64,000 nt of DNA from Clostridia bacterium (GTDB lineage: Bacteria > Bacillota > Clostridia > CAKSNL01 > HGM11501). The notes below the pieces were generated by a model. It searched no databases, had not been told where the DNA came from, and was given only the letters and a program-made list of their open reading frames with translations. Below, piece by piece: positions 52,569-62,576 of this stretch. Positions within the stretch are counted from its first letter, which is position 1; each line of letters opens with the position of its first letter. The stretch lies in contig JAZQAZ010000010.1 in assembly GCA_045545475.1 (NCBI GenBank), positions 64,001-128,000 on the forward strand, in the 5' to 3' direction. Position numbers and translations under genes: made by a program.

Positions 52569-53006
52569 TTATTCTCCTATCCTGTTATTACTATACGCTT
52601 CCTTCAACCTATCAATCGCCAACTCTGGACTCATTGTATGGTACATAAGATAAACCACATTCATAGTTTTAGCCGGAGCTTGTTTATAAATTTCTTTACT
52701 GCTTTCGCCGGTATAATAGTTCCAATAGCGATAAATGTATCCGATCCAATAAAGTGCTTCCTTATCGTAGATTTCACCGTTTTTTGTAAGCTTCTCACCG
52801 AACTCATCCTCCATACGTGAAAGAATATACGCTTTGCCTGCCCATTGCACGTGGTGGAATTCTTTGTCCATATCGGCAGATACCTGAGTGGTCATATACA
52901 CCTTGATGAAAGCTTCACTGCTATATCCTCGCTCTGCCGCAAGTTCAAACAGTTGACCTTGTGTATCACATAAAGTGAGTTGTAACGACTTACACATATC
53001 ATTCAC
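52569..53006 (-). CDS. Putative antitoxin-like protein of the type found after DUF3990 genes
   Basis: QG.LFE, LYWIGYIYRYW, YHT.SPE.AI.R pattern. Confidence 0.55.
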   Translation of the reverse strand: MNDMCKSLQLTLCDTQGQLFELAAERGYSSEAFIKVYMTTQVSADMDKEFHHVQWAGKAYILSRMEDEFGEKLTKNGEIYDKEALYWIGYIYRYWNYYTGESSKEIYKQAPAKTMNVVYLMYHTMSPELAIDRLKEAYSNNRIGE

Positions 53007-53170
53007 CTTTCAAAATCTCGTCAAAGAATTCACTTTCACAACGGTAGTTAATTTCAGTTTTTTCTTTTCTTCTTTCTGAACTCATATCTTTGAAATGCGA
53101 AAATCCCTGGTTGTAAAGTGGTTCTTCTCCAACGCTTTTATATGAGATCACTATAGGAATGTCCTTGATT
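53003..53170 (-). pseudogene. Degraded 3' remnant of an upstream gene (possibly DUF3990-type)
   Basis: Short reading ending YRCESEFFDEILKR whose stop overlaps the next start; no intact ORF. Confidence 0.35.
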
Positions 53171-53249
53171 GTCATAATTTTTCTCTTAATAAAAAGATAC
53201 TCTAGTGCTCAGTAATTATACTACAATTGATGTCCTATAAAACGGACTG

Positions 53250-54071
53250 TTACTCTCTAAAATAGTCAGAATTGATTTTATATATATTAAATGTCTTGAC
53301 ACTTTCAACGCCAATTCCATATTTAACCATATAATCAGCTAATAACTCGCCATCAATAAGTTTCACGCTTTTTTGCTGTTGCTGAGTTCCAAAAGTCAAA
53401 GCTTCTTTTGTGTATGATGAGGTTGTAATAAATACGCCCTTCTGAATATGACCCATTGCACCAATGAATGCTTGCAATTCTTTTCTGCCGACTTTATTTG
53501 TGCTTGAATTACGCTTAGCTTGTATGTAAATGAGGTCTAATCCTAATTTATCTTCGCTGATAATACCATCAATTCCATTGTCATGCGAACCGCCAGTCAC
53601 AATTCCTGAATTTTTGTCATACCCGTAACCCATTTTTAACAACAATTCCACAACCAGTTATTCGAAAAAATCGGGGTGATTTGACATAATGTTATCCAGC
53701 AACTGTTGTTTTATCTGATGTAGATGCTCATCCAGAGCATTAACAATCTTTTCTTCTGGTAAAAAGTCTGTATTATCATCGTCTATATTTGTAGATTGAT
53801 TTGTGGTTTTCTTAAATTTGTCGCTGTCGCTTACAATAAACTTAAGCTTTTTCCCATCTTTTCCCGAAATCGCAAAGTGTTTAACTGGATATGCAGTAGG
53901 AAACTCAAGACCAATACAATGACGTCTGATTTCACCGTTGACAACACCAACGGGATTTTTTGCACCAAACTTATATAGATTTTTATCAATTATCCTCTGA
54001 TAAATATCAGCAGAAGATAAACCATCGGGCTCATCTTTTAAAACTTCTTTAATTGCTTCGATTATTGTCAT
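53250..54071 (-). pseudogene. mrr: Mrr-like restriction endonuclease interrupted by an in-frame TAA
   Basis: Both ORFs share a frame: PDFFE*LVVELLLKMGYG; D.GIDG, YIQAKR and FITTS Mrr_cat motifs; N-terminal winged-HTH-like region. Confidence 0.85.
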
Positions 54072-54186
54072 AGGGTTCTCCTTCTTTCGCAAACACCCAT
54101 ATATCTACAAATTTCGCGCCAATGGGTATATGACCTATGACATGAGGAATAGATATATGTGGCATAATTAAATTAATTCTTTTTTC

Positions 54187-55269
54187 TCAAACCAAAACTT
54201 CCCACTTACCGTAGCGTTTACCACTTTCACGGTGGATATAGTTTTTATTCTGCAGCGATTTCATAATTCGCTTAATTGTTGCAATAGATTTTCCGGTTAC
54301 TTCAACGAGCTCTTGCTGTTTCATCGTCGGGTTCTTTGCAACCAATTCTAAAACGGCAAGTTCTTCTAAAGTACAGTCTAAAGTATCAAATTGATACTTT
54401 GGAACTTTAGAATTGATACTTTGGGAAGCATTTACATCCACAAAATCAACGTGCATATAGCGGTTCTTCAGCTCGTGGTTCGTGCCGAGCAAAAGATTTT
54501 CGAAAAACAATTCCAGAAATTTTGTGGTGGAATGAATCCCTTTTTGCAAATCGTTATAGTTAGCACGAACGAGTGCGTTGCGGAAATACCAAGAGTTTTC
54601 ACGGAACGCATCGTTATTGACACGGAAACCGAAGGTTTTCATATATTTAATCATAAACACGGCGGTGGCTCTTGTATTGCCCTCGCCGAAGGGATGAATC
54701 TGCCAAATGTCCGATGCAAATTTAGCAAGGTGCTTTACCGATGCTTCAACCGACAGCCCCTCATATGAGAACTGCTTTTCGGTGGCAAAATCATAATCCA
54801 AGGTATCTTTTATGCTGTTGAAATCAGCATAGATAACCGTTTCGCCATTCAGTACCCATTCCTTTTTGGAAATGTTATACTGACGAATCTTACCGGCGTG
54901 GTCAAATACACCCTCAAACAATCTGCGGTGAATGGTAATCCACTCGGCAGGAGAAAACTGAAACGCTTTTTCGCCTAAAAGCTTGGTTATTCTTGCAGAA
55001 ACAATATCCGCTTCTTTGGTGTTATCTTCAGCTTCGGTGCGGGTACTTCTCTGCTCATAATAGCTGTAAATACGCTTTTGAGCTTCATCTATGGTGATTT
55101 TACCCTCGATGTGATCCTTTGCAGTATCAAGCAAATATTCAGACGTGTTGAGTCCGTCAACCGCCTGCAAACCAATAGCAGTTTGCCAAGCTTCACTTTT
55201 TTCGGCTCTTTCAGGTTCGCCTTGCTTTATATATTCTTCAAGTTCAAATTGCCAATTCTTATCGGGCAT
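54187..55269 (-). CDS. Fic family protein with N-terminal VbhA-like and C-terminal wHTH domains
   Basis: HPFGEGNTR; GLQAVDGL; C-terminal HTH. Confidence 0.88.
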   Translation of the reverse strand: MPDKNWQFELEEYIKQGEPERAEKSEAWQTAIGLQAVDGLNTSEYLLDTAKDHIEGKITIDEAQKRIYSYYEQRSTRTEAEDNTKEADIVSARITKLLGEKAFQFSPAEWITIHRRLFEGVFDHAGKIRQYNISKKEWVLNGETVIYADFNSIKDTLDYDFATEKQFSYEGLSVEASVKHLAKFASDIWQIHPFGEGNTRATAVFMIKYMKTFGFRVNNDAFRENSWYFRNALVRANYNDLQKGIHSTTKFLELFFENLLLGTNHELKNRYMHVDFVDVNASQSINSKVPKYQFDTLDCTLEELAVLELVAKNPTMKQQELVEVTGKSIATIKRIMKSLQNKNYIHRESGKRYGKWEVLV

Positions 55270-55298
55270 ATTTGCACCTCATTTCGCTATCATATCTA

Positions 55299-56201
55299 TT
55301 ATTCATTATCCAAAACCCTAAAATAATCATCATATCTCTCGCTGACATACTCAGCAACGAGATTTATCATCGGTTCAGGATCGTTATCTCTGTAGAATGA
55401 ATCAAATGCGTTATAATACCGCTTTCGGTCGGCAAATTTTACGTTGATTGCCGGATAACCGTGTCTTATAAGCTCAAGATTCATAATCAAGCGGCCTGTT
55501 CTTCCGTTACCGTCAACAAAGGGGTGAATGCCCTCGAATTCAAGATGGAACAACGCAATACGCTCAATGGTGCTCATTTCTGCCTTGCGTTCTTCGTTTT
55601 TTAAGAGCAGTTCAGTCATTTTGGGTTCAATCAAATAGGGCTGCACCGGCTCTGTAAAAGCTCCCATAATACGCACGGGAATGCGGCGATACACACCCTT
55701 ATCCTCTGGCTGATTCATCAACACAAGGGAATGAATGGCTTTTATGGCTGACTCGTTTAACGGCACATCCTTAGTAGCAATGTCCGTAACATACAGAAAA
55801 GCATCACGGTGTCCGACTGCTTCAAGGTGGTCTTTCAGCGGCTTTTGATCGACAGTCATTCCTTCAAGAACCATTGCGGTTTCCTTCAAGGTAAGCGTGT
55901 TTCCTTCGATTGCGTTTGAGTTATAAGTATACTCTATCATAAACTCTTGGCGGAGACGGTTTAACTCACCCTGTGTAAGAGGACGCATTGCATTAAGACG
56001 TTCTTTTTTGTATTCTATTTCTGCAATTATATTAGTCTTTGACAATCTGCCGTCCATGGGCTTAACTGCCGTTTCGGGAATCATATAGAGTTTTCCCTTG
56101 CGTATAACGCCCTCCACCTTGCCTTCGGCACACAATGTACGCACACGGCGAGGTGAAATTCCCCATTTTTCAGCAGCTTTTGATACCTTAATATATTCCA
56201 T
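55299..56201 (-). CDS. Fic family protein with an N-terminal HTH
   Basis: SNAIEGN inhibitory motif; HPFVDGNGRTGR. Confidence 0.92.
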   Translation of the reverse strand: MEYIKVSKAAEKWGISPRRVRTLCAEGKVEGVIRKGKLYMIPETAVKPMDGRLSKTNIIAEIEYKKERLNAMRPLTQGELNRLRQEFMIEYTYNSNAIEGNTLTLKETAMVLEGMTVDQKPLKDHLEAVGHRDAFLYVTDIATKDVPLNESAIKAIHSLVLMNQPEDKGVYRRIPVRIMGAFTEPVQPYLIEPKMTELLLKNEERKAEMSTIERIALFHLEFEGIHPFVDGNGRTGRLIMNLELIRHGYPAINVKFADRKRYYNAFDSFYRDNDPEPMINLVAEYVSERYDDYFRVLDNE

Positions 56202-56731
56202 TAGAGTTGCCTCCTCAGTTAATACAATACTACAAAATACATTATACACCATTTTGGGAATATTGTCAAGGTTGACTGAAAATGTTTACAACTGTTTTGT
56301 TCCCCAAATTGAATTTAAGGGAAGAATGTTTGTACAAGTGAATTGATTTTTGTATTTTGACACTGTTGTAGCATTCATGATAATTGCTACAGCGTAGCAC
56401 CAAATATAATGAAGAAAAGCCTTGAATGTAATAACTTTCAGGGCATTTCTTATGGTCTAGAGGTGGAGCTATGAAGTGAAAATTTAATATCAAAATTACA
56501 ACTTTGTGATAATTTATAATGTCGTACAGCTCCACCTCTGAGCCCTTGCAATTACTGGCTTTAACGGTGTTTGCCGAGGTATGCATCGCGCCTGCTCTTA
56601 GAGGTGGAGCGATTGACTTTTTTGATGGTAATATTCTTGAATCTATATTGAATTTGTAAATTCTATTTGCCAAAAACGAAAAACTATTGATTTTGACAAG
56701 TAAAATTAGAGCACCAAAACAGTGGCTCTGA

Positions 56732-57541
<810 letters not shown>

Positions 57542-57580
57542 AACCAAGTGATAATTTACAAATAAGGATTTTTACAGGTT

Positions 57581-57606
57581 TTATCAATTAGTGTACCTTT
57601 TGGTAA
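57581..57606 (-). promoter_or_regulatory. hix-like 26-bp recombination site (right, inverted)
   Basis: Minus strand TTACCAAAAGGTACACTAATTGATAA; 12-bp core CAAAAGGTACAC identical to the left site. Confidence 0.75.
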
Positions 57607-57634
57607 ACCTATATGGAGGTGAGAACATTCGGGA

Positions 57635-58090
57635 ATGAATAAATCAAAAATTCGGTGTACTTTTGCCGGGCACAGTGAGATTCATAACTCAAATCTTGTT
57701 GAAGAAATAAAGGCTACTGCAAAAGAATTGATTATCGAAAATGGTGTTAATGAGTTCTGGGTAGGTCATTACGGTGACTTTGATCATTATGCCGCAAAAG
57801 CAGTAAGGGAACTCAAGCGGGAGTATGACATAGAGCTTGTACTTGTAATTCCATATCTTACAAAGGAAATCGAAGAATACAAAGAAGACTATTATAAAAA
57901 TTTTGATGCGATAATTATGGCAGACATACCCCAAACAACACCTACAAAATTAAGAATTATAAAAGCAAATCAGTATATGGTAAATGAGTCTGACTACTTG
58001 ATTTGCTATGTGAAAAATACTTGGGGAGGAGCTGCGAAGACATTAGAATATGCAAGTCGTAAGAAAAAAACAATTTACAACTTAGGATAA
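57635..58090 (+). CDS. SLOG/DUF1273 (YspA-like) protein
   Basis: CTFAGH, G..GDFD..AA, N.YMV..SD..ICY...GGA..T..YA. Confidence 0.78.
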   Translation: MNKSKIRCTFAGHSEIHNSNLVEEIKATAKELIIENGVNEFWVGHYGDFDHYAAKAVRELKREYDIELVLVIPYLTKEIEEYKEDYYKNFDAIIMADIPQTTPTKLRIIKANQYMVNESDYLICYVKNTWGGAAKTLEYASRKKKTIYNLG

Positions 58091-58182
58091 ATGACATGTA
58101 TAGCAAATTAAAAAAATACAAAAGCACCCACTTTTTTAACTCCTGCCATTGAAAGTAGTAAAAGCATATGTTAAAATGTCAA

Positions 58183-58285
58183 TGTAAAAATGGTAAGCAG
58201 TTAAAATGGTAAGCAGTTAAGCAGGTATTGGTATGTGCATCCTTGGGATAGGTGTGTGCATTTATACTTGCTTGTTATTTTTTTG
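58183..58285 (+). ncRNA. Candidate small RNA unit 1
   Basis: TTGAAA-17-TAAAAT promoter, tandem AAAATGGTAAGCAGTT, long hairpin, T tract. Confidence 0.55.
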
Positions 58286-58427
58286 AAGGAAAACTAAATA
58301 GTTTTCGGGGAACTGATTGCATATTAACTTGCAGAATCACATATTTTCTTAAAATATTTTTCTGAAAAATACCCTTTATTTTTTCTCCTGGTCTTGTTTT
58401 GAGAAAAATAATGTGGTAAACTATGTG

Positions 58428-58533
58428 TGTAAAAATGGTAAGCAGTTAAAACGGTAAGCAGTTAAGCAGGTATTGGCGTATGCCTTTTCTTAGGATAGGT
58501 GTGTGCATTTATACTTGCTTTTTCTCATTTTTT
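58428..58533 (+). ncRNA. Candidate small RNA unit 2 (paralogue of unit 1)
   Basis: TG-extended TAAACT, same tandem motif and hairpin AAGCAGGTAT...ATACTTGCTT, T tract. Confidence 0.55.
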
Positions 58534-58628
58534 ACGGAAAACAAACTTTTTAGCAGAATAAAAAAATTTATACCTTCAATTTTAGCTCCACCGCTACCAA
58601 TTAGTATTTACATATGCTAAAATAGCAC

Positions 58629-58815
58629 TGTAAAAATGGTAAGCAGTTAAAACGGTAAGCAGTTTAGATGGTTTTTAAGGGTAACAAATTTACTCACAAA
58701 ACCGTCGGGGTTTTTGTCAAACCTTGTAAGAAGACGAGGGTACACATAAGCCTTTCCGACGGGAGAAGTATGCCCAAACGCCTTTTTTAAGGTGTTCGGC
58801 ACAACAAATTATTTC
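58629..58815 (+). ncRNA. Candidate small RNA unit 3
   Basis: TG-extended TAAAAT, tandem motif, several hairpins. Confidence 0.5.
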
Positions 58816-58920
58816 AAGTCAAAACAAACGATTTTTGTATTAAGAAAAAACAATTTACAAATTTATATTTAATTTAGCGCCACCTCTACTCAAGAGGGTT
58901 TACATATGTTAAAATAACAG

Positions 58921-59253
58921 TGTAAAGATGGTAAGCAGTTAAAATTGTAAGCAGTTGCGGTAACTTTAGTTACTGATAGTTTTTTCAGGAGATTAACCAT
59001 AAGTTCTTGTGAACCTTTACAAGTCGTAAAGAGTACACCAAAACTTTTATTACAGGAGATATTGTCTGAATACTCATTGAGTGTTCGGCAAGTAAACGGT
59101 ATGACTGAAGAGCGATTATGCTCATTTGCAGTCTGTGGAGTGGTAAAGCTACGGGATAACTATGTCCTGAAGCTCTATCTAAAAATTAAATATTACGGAA
59201 ACAAAAAGAATGTAGATTTAGCCTTAAATGGCTTATTTCTGCATTCTTTTTTT
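58921..59253 (+). ncRNA. Candidate RNA unit 4 (paralogue of unit 3), ending in a terminator
   Basis: TG-extended TAAAAT, tandem motif, hairpins, terminator AAAAGAATGTAGA...TCTGCATTCTTTTTTT. Confidence 0.5.
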
Positions 59254-59292
59254 ATCTAAATATCGAATGGAAACCAAAACTTTTGAAGAGTT

Positions 59293-59737
59293 CTATCGGC
59301 ACATCCAGCCCTGCTCGGCAGGAATGTGTACGGACAAAATTTTGTGGAACAACGAAAATGAAATGTGCAAGCTTTTAACGGTTTTCCTTGCACAGCAAAG
59401 TCGGGCGAAAAAGAGCCTCACTTTGTTACTTAAAATCCAGGATGTGAGCAGACATCCGGACACAGTAGCGGCTGTGAAAACACATTCATATGTCACCGCT
59501 TATGGCATATTTCAGCATCGGCATTTTATGCACCTGAGTTTAGCAGGTTGATGCTACCGCCGGATTTTTAAGTCCAAATAACAAAATAGCGGTAATATTA
59601 CTAACCTGGCAGTTAGCTTCATACTAAAGGGAGACAGAGATTAAAAAAGCACACGAAAGTGCCGTAAATATGCTGTTTTCCATTAAGTCAAACAAGGAAA
59701 TACAGAGGTAACAGATACAAAAAGCTCAGTGCCATAG
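59293..59737 (+). ncRNA. Candidate large structured RNA or ssDNA element upstream of a tyrosine recombinase
   Basis: Four nested long-range helices plus at least seven local hairpins identified by eye. Confidence 0.5.
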
Positions 59738-59766
59738 CTATGCCCTTGCGAAAGAAAGGGATTAAA

Positions 59767-60633
59767 ATGAAAACTGCAATATACAAGAATTTAGAAGTTC
59801 AGTACAACAAGTTGTTCCGTCACCTGAAAGTTGGCAGTTTCAAAACGAGAGAGCGTTACGGCAAGGCGTTCAAACGCTTTATGGTATTTCTGGCAAAAGA
59901 GTACCGATTGCAAAAGCTTTGCAACATTTCCGAAAAGCATATACTTGCATACGTTTCGTATATGCAAAAGAAAGGTCTGTCAGCTTCGACCATCAAGACC
60001 GAGCTTGCCGCCATTCGTTTCTTCCACGACAATATGCCGTACACGAGAAGCACATTGCCGAGCAATGAGGACTTAGACCTCAAAAAGCGTACCTTTGGTG
60101 GTGCGGACAGAACCTGGACTTCTCCGGAATTTAACCATATGCTCATTGCCGCAATTGATAACAAGGATTATCAGGCGATTCTGTGCCTTGCGAGATACGC
60201 TGGTCTTCGCTTGGAGGAATGCTTCCGCATCGACACCAATGATGCAAAAAACGCCCTTGATACAGGCAATCTGCTTGTCAAGGGCAAGGGTGGACTTTGG
60301 AGATATGTACCTATCAATGAGTCTATCAGAATTACATTCCGTGATATGTTAAAGATAACTCCCATTGGAGAAAAACTGTTTGTGCGACCTTACGACAAGA
60401 CGCATCTTGCAATGAAAAGACTGCAATGCTTTATTGCGTATCACAGAAAAAGATTTACTGAAAACACAATTACTTTCCACGGACTTCGACACACCTTTGC
60501 ACATGAGCAGTACAACAAGTTCATTGAACAAGGTTACTCTGACTTTATGGCTCGTAAAAAGGTATCGGAGCTACTCGGGCATCACCGTGATGATGTAACG
60601 AGAATTTATTTGTCGGGCGGTGATGATGTATGA
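59767..60633 (+). CDS. Tyrosine recombinase-family protein (second; no arm-binding domain)
   Basis: N-terminal SAM-like domain, AGLRLEE, KGKGG, HGLRH, LGH and terminal Y. Confidence 0.9.
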   Translation: MKTAIYKNLEVQYNKLFRHLKVGSFKTRERYGKAFKRFMVFLAKEYRLQKLCNISEKHILAYVSYMQKKGLSASTIKTELAAIRFFHDNMPYTRSTLPSNEDLDLKKRTFGGADRTWTSPEFNHMLIAAIDNKDYQAILCLARYAGLRLEECFRIDTNDAKNALDTGNLLVKGKGGLWRYVPINESIRITFRDMLKITPIGEKLFVRPYDKTHLAMKRLQCFIAYHRKRFTENTITFHGLRHTFAHEQYNKFIEQGYSDFMARKKVSELLGHHRDDVTRIYLSGGDDV

Positions 60634-60839
60634 CCAAAAAGAAAAATCTTTATACAAAAATGCTCAAAGATTACCCCGATGTATTAAACGTAAATCAAAT
60701 GTGCAAGGCTTTGGGAGGAATCAGCACAAAGACGGGCTACAAGCTTCTTAAAGAAAAGAAGATTGAAAGCATAAAGGTCGGTCGGGAATATAAGATAGCC
60801 AAAATAAATTTGATAGATTTCATCACAAATAACGGCTAA
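60630..60839 (+). CDS. HTH_17 excisionase-like protein
   Basis: YPDVL.V..M...GIS.KT.YKLL; directly upstream of the integrase. Confidence 0.85.
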   Translation: MTKKKNLYTKMLKDYPDVLNVNQMCKALGGISTKTGYKLLKEKKIESIKVGREYKIAKINLIDFITNNG

Positions 60840-60936
60840 AATCTTTACAAAAGCACCTGCTTTTGGTATAATAATTAAATAATAGCAGGTGCTTTACTTC
60901 CCGAAAGGAGGATTTATTTAAAGGAGGTAAAACACT

Positions 60937-62196
60937 ATGAAAAGAAAAGATATAAATGTCTATATAAGAGACAAAAAAGGTTATTACTATGCTGTTATAG
61001 TTTATAAAAATGCACAAGGCAAGCGAAAAGAAAAGTGGTTTCCGACTAAATTGCAGATTCGCGGTAACAAGAAAAAAGCAGAAGCGATTGCAGATCAGAT
61101 CCTTGAAGAATTTGAAATTCCTGCCGAGGATTTGTGTTTGAAAGAGAAGAGTACAAAGCTTGGCAAGAATTGTATTGCAAATGCTACGCTTGACGATTTG
61201 ACACAATCTCAGGTTGCAAATTTGTTGTTCTCGGATTACATCATAAAGTATTTGCCGCTGACGAGAAAAAGGCGAAGAAAGATTGAAGACACTACATATT
61301 CAGGCTATGAGGCAAACGTAAAAAGCGTTGTCGCTCCTTATTTTGCAAAGAAAAAGATTAAGCTTAAGGATCTGACGGCAAAAGACATTCAGGACTTTTA
61401 CGACAAGCAACTTGAACGTGTAAAACCAAACTCGGTTATTCGATACCACGCAATCATAAGACTTTCTCTGTGCCACGCAAGAAAGATGCGATACATCAAG
61501 GAAAATCCCATTGAAGAGGTGGAAAAGCCCGAGAAGAATCAGTTTATCGGCAAATTCTATACGGCTGAAGAACTTACCAAACTTATAGAGTTAGCCAAAG
61601 GCACAAAGCTTGAAATTCCCGTTATTATGGGCGGTTTTTACGGACTTCGCAGAAGTGAGGTTGTGGGATTGAGATGGTCGGCAATAGACTTTGAGAACAA
61701 CATATTTTACATCAATCACACGGTAACAACTCCGCAAATTGACGGTGTAACCAAAATTGTTGCAAAGGACAGAGCAAAGACTAAATCAAGTTTGAGAGCC
61801 TTACCACTTGGCAAAGATGTTAAAGAAATACTTCTTTGCAAAAAGCAACAGCAGGAAGAGTACCGCAAGAAGTTCAAAAGCTCTTATAACAAGAAATGGC
61901 TTGATTATGTGATGGTTGATGAATTAGGTGATTTAATTACACCCGATTACATTACCGGAGCATTCAAAAGCTTTTTGGCAAAACATGAGCTTCGTGAGAT
62001 ACGCTTCCACGATCTTCGTCACACCTGTGCTTCGTTGCTTCTTAACAAAGGCAAGCACGAGGGAATAACGCTTAAAGACATTCAGGTATGGCTTGGACAC
62101 AGCGACTTTTCGACTACTGCGAATACATATTCACATCTTGATGCAACGTCAAAAGGATTTTCGCTAAGTGCGTTAGAGAAGGCTATAACATTCTAA
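60937..62196 (+). CDS. Site-specific tyrosine integrase of the island
   Basis: N-terminal arm-binding-like region, GLRRSE, FHDLRH, LGHS...TYSH; next to the right junction. Confidence 0.95.
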   Translation: MKRKDINVYIRDKKGYYYAVIVYKNAQGKRKEKWFPTKLQIRGNKKKAEAIADQILEEFEIPAEDLCLKEKSTKLGKNCIANATLDDLTQSQVANLLFSDYIIKYLPLTRKRRRKIEDTTYSGYEANVKSVVAPYFAKKKIKLKDLTAKDIQDFYDKQLERVKPNSVIRYHAIIRLSLCHARKMRYIKENPIEEVEKPEKNQFIGKFYTAEELTKLIELAKGTKLEIPVIMGGFYGLRRSEVVGLRWSAIDFENNIFYINHTVTTPQIDGVTKIVAKDRAKTKSSLRALPLGKDVKEILLCKKQQQEEYRKKFKSSYNKKWLDYVMVDELGDLITPDYITGAFKSFLAKHELREIRFHDLRHTCASLLLNKGKHEGITLKDIQVWLGHSDFSTTANTYSHLDATSKGFSLSALEKAITF

Positions 62197-62297
62197 AATG
62201 AAAAAAGTAACCTATACTTTTTCACTATTCACTATTACTTATTACTTCCGCCAAAATCGACAGTAAGAGAGTAGTGAAAAGTGAAGAGGTAAAAAGT

Positions 62298-62335
62298 AAA
62301 ATCGACAGGGCTCTCTGTCGAACCCTGTCGATTTT
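62298..62335. terminator. Hairpin/terminator immediately 3' of the island tRNA
   Basis: AAAATCGACAGGG...CCCTGTCGATTTT. Confidence 0.75.
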
Positions 62336-62426
62336 GGCGGAGAAGGTGGGATTCGAACCCACGTGCCGGAATTACCGACAAACTGATTTCGAGTCAGCCC
62401 CGTTATGACCGCTTCGATACTTCTCC
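62335..62426 (-). tRNA. tRNA-Ser(CGA), complete, encoded inside the island
   Basis: Acceptor GGAGAAG/CTTCTCC, anticodon arm GCTGA-CTCGAAA-TCAGT, long variable arm, GGTTCGAATCC, G-CCA end. Confidence 0.95.
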
Positions 62427-62460
62427 ATATATGTTTAACAGTTATCCAAAAAAGCAAATC

Positions 62461-62483
62461 TTTGGGAACTTTCTTTGGGAACT
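62461..62483. repeat. Tandem TTTGGGAACT repeats (putative integrase arm sites, right)
   Basis: Two copies matching 37466-37486. Confidence 0.7.
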
Positions 62484-62576
62484 GCTAAAATCTTAAATAT
62501 TCAGTTTTTCAAAAAATCAAGCTATACAGCGGATTTAGGGCACTTTTTGAAGAGGATATTTCCGAAAAGCTTACCT

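Noticed and set aside
53658-53660. Programmed read-through or recoding of the Mrr stop
   Set aside because: Codon is TAA, other genes use the standard code and no recoding signal is evident
56266-56673. 135-aa ORF with repeated IAPPL
   Set aside because: The peptide repeat is just the translated DNA motif AGCTCCACCTCTA; no coding signals
58183-58960. Repeats read as a CRISPR array
   Set aside because: Units are 200-290 bp apart, intervening sequences are paralogous rather than unique spacers, each has its own promoter, and no cas genes are present
59062-59551. ORFs 59062-59259, 59228-59551 and 59293-59496
   Set aside because: No RBS or recognisable motifs; they cross a terminator and the structured region
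59293-59737. Group I or group II intron
   Set aside because: No GTGCG 5' end or domain V motif, no recognisable group I core, and no interrupted gene or RT
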